A stretch of DNA of 64,000 nt from a virus. Each line of letters begins with the position of its first letter. Position 1 is the stretch's first letter. The notes beneath the pieces were generated by a model. It was not told the origin of the DNA. It worked only from the letters and a program-made list of their open reading frames with translations, and ran no database searches. The stretch lies in IMG/VR virus record IMGVR_UViG_3300043468_001540, positions 1 to 64,000 of that record. The stretch is one strand, 5' to 3'. The position numbers and the translations under genes are program-made. Shown here in pieces: positions 36,806 to 45,570 of this stretch.

Positions 36806-37582
36806 TTATATTTGAACCCAGTTTTCTGGCCGAATGTCTTTATCATCAGAATTATTACTACCAAACCATTCTTTAGGACAAATAATTCGTTTGTTTAGAT
36901 TTCTATTTAACCACGCGCCCCACCAGCTAAATGAGCTATTTGCAATAATATTATCTTTACAGTTAGACATTTGAGCTAAATCTTCTATATTAGAATTTCC
37001 GTCTATAAAAATTGAGTTGCTATGTGTTATATTTTTTTTGCACCACTCTATATCATCTGAAAATATGAATACATTTCCGCTGGGATTTAATATTTCTAAA
37101 GCTTTTTCGTAATAATTTACTGGCAAAATTGGGTGTATATCTCTTAAATTTAAGTAGTCGCCTCTTCTTATATGGAGAGAGCAGGAGTTCTTAAAATCAC
37201 AATCCTTAAATGCTGGTAATTGAATAGACGCCAGGATGTCTTCCCTATGATTTTTAAAAAATTTTTCGCTTTGCCAATAACCGTTTAAAAAATAAATTTC
37301 ATTTTTATCGAAAACAATATCAGTATATGAAAAATTATCGTTTATAATTGTAATATTTTTATTTTTTAATTTTTCAACCACTTCCTGTGTAAGAAAATTA
37401 ATAGGAGTATTAATAATTTTATTTAATTCTAAATTTCTTTTATCAACAACTACTCCAATATTTTCAGAACTATAATAGAAAGATACGTCAAAGTAAACTT
37501 CATGTTCTTTAGATAGTGAGTATCCATAAGCCCATTGAAATAATTGATTACCCAGACCCCCCTGTACTTTAACTATAATCAT
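36806..37582 (-). CDS. GT11 alpha-1,2-fucosyltransferase
   Basis: GGLGNQLFQ, GYWQSEKFF, HIRRGDY, FSDDIEWC, IANSSFSWWGAWL. Confidence 0.93.
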   Translation of the reverse strand: MIIVKVQGGLGNQLFQWAYGYSLSKEHEVYFDVSFYYSSENIGVVVDKRNLELNKIINTPINFLTQEVVEKLKNKNITIINDNFSYTDIVFDKNEIYFLNGYWQSEKFFKNHREDILASIQLPAFKDCDFKNSCSLHIRRGDYLNLRDIHPILPVNYYEKALEILNPSGNVFIFSDDIEWCKKNITHSNSIFIDGNSNIEDLAQMSNCKDNIIANSSFSWWGAWLNRNLNKRIICPKEWFGSNNSDDKDIRPENWVQI

Positions 37583-38241
37583 ATAGTCTTTATTAAAAAG
37601 TTTTTATTTTCTAACAGGAGATCTCCACCGAAATCATATAATATACTCCATTCATTTCCTAAACTTTCTAATATTTGATTTTTACTTGCTTGATTTTCAT
37701 AGAGTTCTTCATTACTATATTCTGTATAGATATAATGTATTTTATCTTTAAAATCTTCGATTCCCTTTATTATATTCAATTCAGCGCCTTGTACGTCCAT
37801 CCAGACAAAATCTATATTTTTTATATTGTTTTCTAAGCAATATGTCTTAAATTTTTTTGTTTTTACTTCTATGGTTTTGTTGAATTTAAGCCATGGTATT
37901 TCTTTAATAAGATTTTTTGGCGTCTTTAAAGATGATGACGCCGACCAATCATTTTTATTTATAAAATCATTATCAGTTGGGCCATAAATAGAGTCATAAA
38001 CATTACCACTAGATAAGTAAAATTTAGAAATACCATCTGTATCAGAAAGGGCATACTCATTTAATTTAATAGGCAAATTTAAATTTTTAAATATTTTGAT
38101 ATTTCTAGGGTCTGGCTCGAAACAGTGCAAGTTTTTAGTTAGTTTTATAAATTCTTTAGTATCAAATCCAAAATGAGACCCTATCTCAAAAAAAATACTA
38201 TTTTCGTTTATATTTTGTTTAATGAAATTATAGATGTTCAT
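37579..38241 (-). CDS. FkbM-family methyltransferase
   Basis: EIGSHFG, FEPDP, IDFVWMDVQGAEL, YTE. Confidence 0.9.
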   Translation of the reverse strand: MNIYNFIKQNINENSIFFEIGSHFGFDTKEFIKLTKNLHCFEPDPRNIKIFKNLNLPIKLNEYALSDTDGISKFYLSSGNVYDSIYGPTDNDFINKNDWSASSSLKTPKNLIKEIPWLKFNKTIEVKTKKFKTYCLENNIKNIDFVWMDVQGAELNIIKGIEDFKDKIHYIYTEYSNEELYENQASKNQILESLGNEWSILYDFGGDLLLENKNFLIKTI

Positions 38242-38900
38242 TTGTTACTTGCTTGGTTTTTATGTATTCTATAATATAATAATAAATCTTTATGTATTCC
38301 GAATTTATACCCTCTTCTTATTGACCTTACCCATAAATCTAAATCTTCTTTCGGTGTCTTATTAATATCATATCTGTTTTCTTTATCTTCCCAAAATCTT
38401 TTATTATAACAAACCGATGGGTGCGCTATAACATTATGCCCCGCCTCCAAATTTTCTTTTATATATGGAGTTACTATATTTTTATATAAAGTTATAACAT
38501 CTTCTTCTTCGGGTCTATTTTGCTCTTCTATATAACAAAAATCACTACTAACTATATCAAGATCATTTTCTTTTATCATTTTAGTTTGTAATAAAATTCT
38601 ATCAGGAGAGTAATAATCGTCCAAGTTTGTATTAAAAACATAATCGCAACCATCATTAAACGCATTATCTAATAATATGTTCATGGCTTCAGCGTAATTT
38701 GATAGCTTCTGCGACCAAAAATTTACTTTATTTTTATTAGTATTTGATACTAATGACGTATGATCATCTCCATAATTTAACTCATAAAATATAAAATCAT
38801 TCTCTGTTTGATTTAACATCGATTCTAATGATTTGTTTACCCACCTATCACTATAAATTTTTTTTATATTACTATGATATATTATAACCCCTCTTTTCAT
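38238..38900 (-). CDS. GT2-like glycosyltransferase
   Basis: SMLNQT, NLDDY..PDR...Q, HPSV, EDLDLW.R, YYRIH.NQ. Confidence 0.85.
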   Translation of the reverse strand: MKRGVIIYHSNIKKIYSDRWVNKSLESMLNQTENDFIFYELNYGDDHTSLVSNTNKNKVNFWSQKLSNYAEAMNILLDNAFNDGCDYVFNTNLDDYYSPDRILLQTKMIKENDLDIVSSDFCYIEEQNRPEEEDVITLYKNIVTPYIKENLEAGHNVIAHPSVCYNKRFWEDKENRYDINKTPKEDLDLWVRSIRRGYKFGIHKDLLLYYRIHKNQASNK

Positions 38901-38903
38901 ATT

Positions 38904-39536
38904 TTAAGTATGTAGATAGCAATTGATACCCTTATCTTTAAATATTGAAATATAAAGATCTTTTTCTTTACATTTGTCTAAAAAATCGGGTCGGTCGATC
39001 CAAAATCTTTCGTGCCACTCAATATAAATTGAATTAATGTGTTTGGCGTACTTGGATTGTATTATTTTTGGTAAAACAATAAACTCTGAACCTTCTATAT
39101 CGCACTTGATGTAAATTTTTGCGTCAAGATCTTTTTTGCAGATTGAGCTTAAAATATCATCTACATCTATGGATTCTACTTCATATTCAATAGAATCAAA
39201 AATAAATCCATTCCCAGAATCAAATTCGGGATTAAAATAAAGCGCATTTGCTCCAGTTTTATATCCTTGTATATAATTGTTTTTACCTGCATCTGACCAC
39301 GCCCCCTTGTGACAATTAAATTTAATATATCCATTCTTATCTAAGATGGCTTTGTTAAAAAATTCGAATGAGTTATATTTTTCAGAAATTTGGCTAAGTA
39401 AAGTTTTAATTTCTTCTATGAGAAGAATGTTTGGCTCGTAACAAAGGACGTTCCATTCTTTATTTATTTCAAGTTTTTCTGTAAATTCCAGTAATCCTTC
39501 GAATTTATGACTTCCAAAGTCTAGAAAATAATTCAT
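38904..39536 (-). CDS. FkbM-family methyltransferase
   Basis: FLDFGS, YEPN, IKCDIEGSEF, IEWHER. Confidence 0.88.
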   Translation of the reverse strand: MNYFLDFGSHKFEGLLEFTEKLEINKEWNVLCYEPNILLIEEIKTLLSQISEKYNSFEFFNKAILDKNGYIKFNCHKGAWSDAGKNNYIQGYKTGANALYFNPEFDSGNGFIFDSIEYEVESIDVDDILSSICKKDLDAKIYIKCDIEGSEFIVLPKIIQSKYAKHINSIYIEWHERFWIDRPDFLDKCKEKDLYISIFKDKGINCYLHT

Positions 39537-40282
39537 TTTAAAATTGATCTAATAACTTCGTTAAAAATTTTTGTTTTTTCGAATAATGGATCGGCGGTCC
39601 CCTTCCAATTAGAGTGCCAGTTTGTGGCAGCCCTATAATGTAAAAATTTCTTGTTTAAATGTAGCTCCATATTATAACCCTTAGTATTTAATTCGTTTTT
39701 CACCAATATATTATTAATTTCATCTGGATATTCGGCTCCGGTATTTTTCATTTCTATTTTATTTGTTTTAAAATAATAATAAGTGAATCCGCCTACATCT
39801 GTTAGTTCTCCGTCAACGACTCCGTTCGAAAAGTCGATATTCTTATCAGGTAATTTTCCCATGTTAAAAACCATAAGACCGTTCCACATATATTTAACGT
39901 GCCCTCTAACTTGTTCAAGGCCCGCAATTAAGCTGTCTTTCATATAATCTATTATATCAAATTGATCGATAAGAAACATATCAGAATCGATAAAAAGGAC
40001 CATCTCTTCGGAATGATTTTTTTTAATTATATTGTCATAAGTCCATTGAACTGTATTTGCACACGCCGTAGATGGACAATGAATATTCTGATATGGCTTT
40101 TTATAATATTTACAATTGTTTTCTGCGCATATTTCTATAAAATTGGCGGATAATTCCGGATCATTAGAATCGTCAACCACATGAAATACAAAAGGGTTTA
40201 GCAAGAATTTATCAAATAATTTTTTTTGCAAAAAAATAAAATTTGGTCGATTAACTACTGTTGTAAATATATTTATAATCAT
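39533..40282 (-). CDS. GT-A fold glycosyltransferase-like protein
   Basis: VVDDS, FIDSDMF (DxD), TDVGG, FLHY. Confidence 0.65.
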   Translation of the reverse strand: MIINIFTTVVNRPNFIFLQKKLFDKFLLNPFVFHVVDDSNDPELSANFIEICAENNCKYYKKPYQNIHCPSTACANTVQWTYDNIIKKNHSEEMVLFIDSDMFLIDQFDIIDYMKDSLIAGLEQVRGHVKYMWNGLMVFNMGKLPDKNIDFSNGVVDGELTDVGGFTYYYFKTNKIEMKNTGAEYPDEINNILVKNELNTKGYNMELHLNKKFLHYRAATNWHSNWKGTADPLFEKTKIFNEVIRSILK

Positions 40283-40287
40283 TATTT

Positions 40288-41019
40288 TTATTCAGTGGGA
40301 TTGTTTATATATGACTTAATGTAAATGTCTCCAAATTCATAAGAAAAATCTTCAATATTTGATAAATATTTTTTTATACTGTCTATATCTTGCCATTCCT
40401 TAAAAAAGAAGTGGTCATTTTCTCTATATACATAGTTATACTCGCAATTTTGATTATTTAATGCGTGTAAATAGTCTATACATTTTTCTGAATTTTTATA
40501 TAACTCTGGGGTAAATTCTATAGATATATATTCTACTGGAGAACTGAGCCCCTTTAGTACATTATATTCAAATCCTTCTACATCAATTTTTATATATTTA
40601 GGTACACCAAATTCACAAATTGAATCGTCTAGGGTACGCGTTGCTACTTGAATTTTATTATTCCATTTAGTCCCAATAAATCTTTCTTTTTCAGCCTCTA
40701 TTATAAAATCTTCAGACATACTTGATAATACGTGCTGGTCAGAAGTATAAAAATCTGCGAATCCTACCGTATCAGATAATGCCGCGTTAACACCTTTAAA
40801 AGAACCATTGGTTCTATTTACCGCGAATCTTTGCATCGCATGATCATAACAATCTTTTTGTGGCTCGAAACCGATTACGGAAGCTCCCAAATATAAAAAA
40901 TATGCAGATTTATTACCTAGGTTTAGCCCAACATCAAAAACTAGCGTGTCTTTTAGTTCAAAACCATAATCCATATGGCCATTGTTAATAAGAGAGTCCT
41001 TACGTTCTATATTTTTCAT
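40288..41019 (-). CDS. FkbM-family methyltransferase
   Basis: FDVGLNLG, FEPQ, TLD, IKIDVEGFEYNVLKG. Confidence 0.9.
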   Translation of the reverse strand: MKNIERKDSLINNGHMDYGFELKDTLVFDVGLNLGNKSAYFLYLGASVIGFEPQKDCYDHAMQRFAVNRTNGSFKGVNAALSDTVGFADFYTSDQHVLSSMSEDFIIEAEKERFIGTKWNNKIQVATRTLDDSICEFGVPKYIKIDVEGFEYNVLKGLSSPVEYISIEFTPELYKNSEKCIDYLHALNNQNCEYNYVYRENDHFFFKEWQDIDSIKKYLSNIEDFSYEFGDIYIKSYINNPTE

Positions 41020-41677
41020 GTTCTTTTACTAATGCTGCAATTCTTGTTCGAGTAGTAATTTGATTAGAAGGTGTGCAATAATCCGCATTTAATATTGTAG
41101 TAGGCGGATTGTCAATAAAATACCTATTCATATGCGATTCGTCATGCCATATAGCAATGATATTTTTTTTAAAATCTTCTCTAATTTTAAAAGAAATAAT
41201 GTCGCACATTTTTAAATATTCTTCTGTCGTTCCCCCATTAAATCCACCCGCAAAATATTCCATGTGCTCATGCTCATAAACGCACGCTAAAGACAAGGGA
41301 TTAGTTTCTGGAGTTCCTCTAGACCCACGAAATGCAGGGTGCTGAGTAGCGACTCTATTACTAAGAATGTCTTCTCCTATATTTGAACAAAATAACATAT
41401 CAGCATCAGAATAAAACAAATAATCCATATCTTTAAATATATCAGAATTTTTAAAGAAAATTTCGTACCGACCTAGGGTCATCCATGGCCAGTCTTTATG
41501 CTCAGTATAAGTTTTTATAATATTTCTACTGCTAGATACCTCTAGCTCTTTGTCACTAAATATAAAATACGTAACATCTCCTGGATTAAAATATTTATCA
41601 GCGCTAGTGATCAGCGGTTGTAGAAAATCTATATATTTATTTGTTGCTATGATTAGCAATCCTATTTTTTTCCTCAT
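41000..41677 (-). CDS. GT6 (ABO blood-group-type) alpha-1,3-GalNAc/Gal transferase
   Basis: IATNKY, SADKYF, WPWMTLGR, DYLFYSDADM, HP, YFAGGFNGG, AIWHDESHMNRYF. Confidence 0.92.
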   Translation of the reverse strand: MRKKIGLLIIATNKYIDFLQPLITSADKYFNPGDVTYFIFSDKELEVSSSRNIIKTYTEHKDWPWMTLGRYEIFFKNSDIFKDMDYLFYSDADMLFCSNIGEDILSNRVATQHPAFRGSRGTPETNPLSLACVYEHEHMEYFAGGFNGGTTEEYLKMCDIISFKIREDFKKNIIAIWHDESHMNRYFIDNPPTTILNADYCTPSNQITTRTRIAALVKEHEKYRT

Positions 41678-42545
41678 TTATATATTTTATAATATCTATA
41701 CGTGGAGACCATTTCAAATCTTTCTTTATTTTATCAATATTTGACTCACTGTACAGTATATCATTAGATCTGTAGTCTTTATATAGAATATTCTGACTAA
41801 TTTGTTTTGCGATATAATCTATTGTATAAGATTTTCCAGTTCCAACGTTATAAGTTAAATTGCCACTAGATGTAAATTCTGCACATTTAATGTTACAATC
41901 GACTACATCTTCTACATGAATAAAATCTCTTGTCTGCTGCCCACCATTAACTAATAGTGGCTCATTTTTTTTATATAAATCAAAGAATTTGTTTAAAACG
42001 GAAGAGTATTCGCTTATGTTGCTATTTTTTCCAAATACATTAAAATATCTTAATATAATAGTATTAAGCCCATAAAGATCAGAATATATTCTACATAAGC
42101 TTTCTCCCAAGATTTTACTCGCGCCATATGTAGTTGTATTCCCAGATATTTCTGAATTTTCGGATACAGGCTTTTTCGAGCATTTATATACCGCAGATGT
42201 TGATGAGAAAATTAACTTTTTAATATTATTTATTCTAGAAGCTTCTAATACATTCGTATTAATAATAGAATTATTTAAACAGCTTTCTCTTGGATTGCGA
42301 AGGCAATAATCTATAGAGACATCGCTAGCCAAATGAAAAACAACGTCTATTCCATTAAAAATAGGAGTGATTTTATCGTAATTTTTTAAATCGATAAAAA
42401 AATATTCAGCATCTTTAAACGTCGTGCAATTATTAAAATTTGAACTTTTATTATCAATTACTCTTACATCATAACCACCATCTATTAGCTTTTCAACAAG
42501 ATTGCTACCTATATATCCCAACCCACCAGTCACCAAACATTTCAT
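41637..42545 (-). CDS. NAD-dependent nucleotide-sugar epimerase/dehydratase (GalE-like SDR)
   Basis: TGGLGYIGS, FSSTSAVY, YGASK, LRYFNVFG, RDFIHVEDV. Confidence 0.9.
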   Translation of the reverse strand: MKCLVTGGLGYIGSNLVEKLIDGGYDVRVIDNKSSNFNNCTTFKDAEYFFIDLKNYDKITPIFNGIDVVFHLASDVSIDYCLRNPRESCLNNSIINTNVLEASRINNIKKLIFSSTSAVYKCSKKPVSENSEISGNTTTYGASKILGESLCRIYSDLYGLNTIILRYFNVFGKNSNISEYSSVLNKFFDLYKKNEPLLVNGGQQTRDFIHVEDVVDCNIKCAEFTSSGNLTYNVGTGKSYTIDYIAKQISQNILYKDYRSNDILYSESNIDKIKKDLKWSPRIDIIKYINEEKNRIANHSNK

Positions 42546-43474
42546 AATAAACTTTCAAACAAATTCATATATGTTTTATCATATATTGAAAAATTAGAAT
42601 TTTCTAGTTTTCCGCCAAGTGAATTTTCATAGTTATCTAAAGTCAAATTGGCATATACACTTCCACTTTTGGCTAAGCTCCTCAAAATATCTGCCCCTTC
42701 TATAAGAGAAGAAGACAATAATTTTGAAGCAAAATCAATTAAAAATACTTCTGGAAAGTTTAAATTTAAAGTCCATTCCGGAGTTTTCATAAAATTTCTT
42801 CTAAAGATTATTCTTCCTAAGCTAGAATATGATTTATCATTATGATAGACTAGCACTTTTGGATAGTGAGTTATTTTAAATCCTGCTTCTCTGCATCTAA
42901 GAGAAAAGTCTGTATCTTCATTATGTTTTCCATCTGCATAATCTTTTCTAGACTTCATTTCATAAATTAAAATATCTTCGTTCCATTTTACTTGATTCCA
43001 TCTATTTTTTTTAATAAGCCATGATTGACCACCAGACATATAGATATAGTCATCTTGTTCTGTATAGTTTAAATTAATATGCCCTTTAATTGGGCTCATA
43101 TAGCAGGAATTGTCCCAAAATCTTGTTCCGTCTGGATTTTTAATACAGGTGGTCAATATATCAAAACTCGGGGCCGTCAATAAATTTTGATACCAATCTA
43201 ATGAAAATAGCATATCGTCATCAGAGATAACAAGATTTTCATATTTTGCTTGCCCACAAGCATTATTTCTTAAACCACCAAGAGAGCCTCGCTCTGCATT
43301 ATATTTATCTTCGATTAAAACTAGTCTAGAATTATTAGGATATTCTAGCCCATCAATATTACCACAAATAATAATCTCATAATTTTGAATATTTAAATTC
43401 AAAATACTTTTAACTTGAAGTTCAAGTTCTGTCTTCTTTTTTCCATTCGTTATAATGATGAAAGAAATATCCAT
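42542..43474 (-). CDS. GT2-like glycosyltransferase
   Basis: ISFIIIT, RN, SDDDM, EDTDFSLR. Confidence 0.8.
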   Translation of the reverse strand: MDISFIIITNGKKKTELELQVKSILNLNIQNYEIIICGNIDGLEYPNNSRLVLIEDKYNAERGSLGGLRNNACGQAKYENLVISDDDMLFSLDWYQNLLTAPSFDILTTCIKNPDGTRFWDNSCYMSPIKGHINLNYTEQDDYIYMSGGQSWLIKKNRWNQVKWNEDILIYEMKSRKDYADGKHNEDTDFSLRCREAGFKITHYPKVLVYHNDKSYSSLGRIIFRRNFMKTPEWTLNLNFPEVFLIDFASKLLSSSLIEGADILRSLAKSGSVYANLTLDNYENSLGGKLENSNFSIYDKTYMNLFESLL

Positions 43475-44574
43475 TACTTAACAAGAGCATTTTTAAATTT
43501 ATTAAATAAGAAAGTGCAAATTGCTCGATTCTCTTCGAGAAAAGTTCTCAACTGTTCTAATCCTTGAATTTTTTCTGGAAAAGTTTGTGAAGTTTCTTTT
43601 AAGATTTCTGCTACAAAGTCTTTATCAAAAGATAACCATGCTCCAGCTTTTTTGGCCATACCCCATTTTAAAAGCATATCAGATATTTCATACTCTAGCC
43701 ATACGCTCTTACCATCGGATCTTCCATGTTTTATAGGATATAAAATCTCTAGACCATCTTTTTCATTTGTTGTTTTTCGTAAAACCAACTTTGCCCAGTG
43801 CCCTATAATCTTATTATTTTCAATGATTTGATCACTTTTGTATCTGGGTTGAAATTCAAAAATCCAGTCAGCATAATGCTGTAAAGCATTCCCGCCAGAA
43901 CTGTTTGTTAATTTTGGATCAGTTTTTGCGTATGGATTAATTTGGACATTTGATCTAACTTGAGAAATAAGACCGCAAATATGTCCAAATGTTGACAGTG
44001 GTAACATTATTCTACGTAAAAAATTCGAAGTCAAAACCGCTCCCGCCGCAACTTTTGCACTATCATCAAAGCCCTTGCTTAGGTCATTTTTTGAAATTAA
44101 TGCGTCCATGCTATCAATTAAAAAGTAGTACCGGATATTTTCAGGATTATTTTGAATTAATTCTAAAATTAATGTTGCTATAGTTTCATATACATTAGAT
44201 TTTAGAACAAAACAGCTTCCCGCTTCCCATTCGGCGGGATTTTCGACAAAATTAACTCCTGAAATATTTTTTACATTAGAGCTTAGTCTACCCTCTGCTT
44301 TAACTAGAAAACCTTTTGAGTTCGGAACTGTCTTCAAAAAATTATTCATTATCAATAGCGCAGAACTAGTTTTACCTCCGCCACTTACCCCCGTAAATCT
44401 TAAAATAGCGGGAATTTCAATTGAGCCTCCTACTTCAGAATCTAAGAGTAAAGATCCCGTAGAGACATTAAAAATGCTACAATCTTCAAAATTGTAATGA
44501 GCGTCTTTATTATCCTTTAAAAAGGATGATAAAATGCTTTTACTGTTATTAGTATTTTCTTTTTCTTTTACCAT
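43474..44574 (-). CDS. recA: RecA/UvsX-like recombinase
   Basis: STGSLLLD, GVSGGGKTS, AEGR, IDSMDAL, ISQVR, SGGNALQHY, KAGAW. Confidence 0.88.
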   Translation of the reverse strand: MVKEKENTNNSKSILSSFLKDNKDAHYNFEDCSIFNVSTGSLLLDSEVGGSIEIPAILRFTGVSGGGKTSSALLIMNNFLKTVPNSKGFLVKAEGRLSSNVKNISGVNFVENPAEWEAGSCFVLKSNVYETIATLILELIQNNPENIRYYFLIDSMDALISKNDLSKGFDDSAKVAAGAVLTSNFLRRIMLPLSTFGHICGLISQVRSNVQINPYAKTDPKLTNSSGGNALQHYADWIFEFQPRYKSDQIIENNKIIGHWAKLVLRKTTNEKDGLEILYPIKHGRSDGKSVWLEYEISDMLLKWGMAKKAGAWLSFDKDFVAEILKETSQTFPEKIQGLEQLRTFLEENRAICTFLFNKFKNALVK

Positions 44575-44981
44575 AAATTAAGATAATTTTTTAAATTCTT
44601 TTTCTTTTTTAACTGTATTTGAGGATCGTAGTCTATTTTTTCGTTAAAAACAATTTTATTTTCATTTAATGAAAATACTTCTGCTACGGGCATTTTGAAC
44701 TCGAATTTTTTATATTCTTTGTTTAGGAACTTTCTTCCATCGTCTGAAAGCAGCCAACACAGGCTGTTTAATTTAAATTTTAATTCTAACGAGTTCCAAA
44801 AAAGCTCGTTCGGAAAAATAGTAAATAACGTTTTAACTATTTTCATCTCTCTTGGCCAAGAGATGTTTTCCGTATTTTTTAAAAATTTTTTAACAAAAGA
44901 TTTCTTACTTAGGCTCGTACTGTTGGCAGGTTTTACAGATTTCTTCTGTGACGTCTGTAATTTCTCTTTTGAAACACTCAT
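44568..44981 (-). CDS. Hypothetical protein (start uncertain)
   Basis: 137 aa; 5' overlap with 44905..45111. Confidence 0.6.
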   Translation of the reverse strand: MSVSKEKLQTSQKKSVKPANSTSLSKKSFVKKFLKNTENISWPREMKIVKTLFTIFPNELFWNSLELKFKLNSLCWLLSDDGRKFLNKEYKKFEFKMPVAEVFSLNENKIVFNEKIDYDPQIQLKKKKNLKNYLNLW

Positions 44982-45111
44982 AAGCGCTTACTGTATAGTT
45001 ACCACCTTGACAAGAACATCTATGGATTGTTCTTTGAACTTTTTCTGGACTTCTATGCTTGCAAGTAAGAAAATTACTAGAAGGATTGATGTTTTCGATA
45101 TTAGAGTTCAT
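44905..45111 (-). CDS. Small Cys-rich protein
   Basis: Six Cys in 68 aa; TTGACT promoter at 45140-45145. Confidence 0.65.
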   Translation of the reverse strand: MNSNIENINPSSNFLTCKHRSPEKVQRTIHRCSCQGGNYTVSAYECFKREITDVTEEICKTCQQYEPK

Positions 45112-45154
45112 AATATATTTATTACATATTTTTTTAGAAAGTCAACTTTATTTT

Positions 45155-45565
45155 TTATTCAGATTCCGCGATCGAATTTAAAAAAAATGTTTCTATCTTA
45201 TTAAGAATAGAATAATATTTTTGTTGATAAATTTCAGTAGTTTCAATCATTTCATTCTCATTACTTAATGCCGCGCTAAATAAATTTATATCAGAATTTA
45301 ATTCATTATTAATCATTTCGATATCTTCTTTAATTATATTATCATTGATGAATTTCTTCCAATGTCTAAAGAATTCTTTTTGAGTGTAGAATGGGTCTAT
45401 AGTATCTTCTTCCTCATTGAAAGAATGACAAATTTGATTAAATACAAACATTAAAATTGACCACTGTAAATTTTTAATAAGTTTATCTTCTAAAGTGGCA
45501 TCTATTGAAGCATCTCTTATTTTTTTATTTTTATCTATAATTTTTATTGGCTTCTTTTTTTGCAT
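45155..45565 (-). CDS. Hypothetical protein
   Basis: 136-aa ORF directly after nrdA. Confidence 0.65.
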   Translation of the reverse strand: MQKKKPIKIIDKNKKIRDASIDATLEDKLIKNLQWSILMFVFNQICHSFNEEEDTIDPFYTQKEFFRHWKKFINDNIIKEDIEMINNELNSDINLFSAALSNENEMIETTEIYQQKYYSILNKIETFFLNSIAESE

Positions 45566-45570
45566 TTTAA

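Noticed and set aside
44695-45204. Antisense ORFs (this one and others such as 9177..9473, 16666..17022, 23228..23515, 59869..60210)
   Set aside because: They lie opposite well-supported genes and have no recognisable motifs
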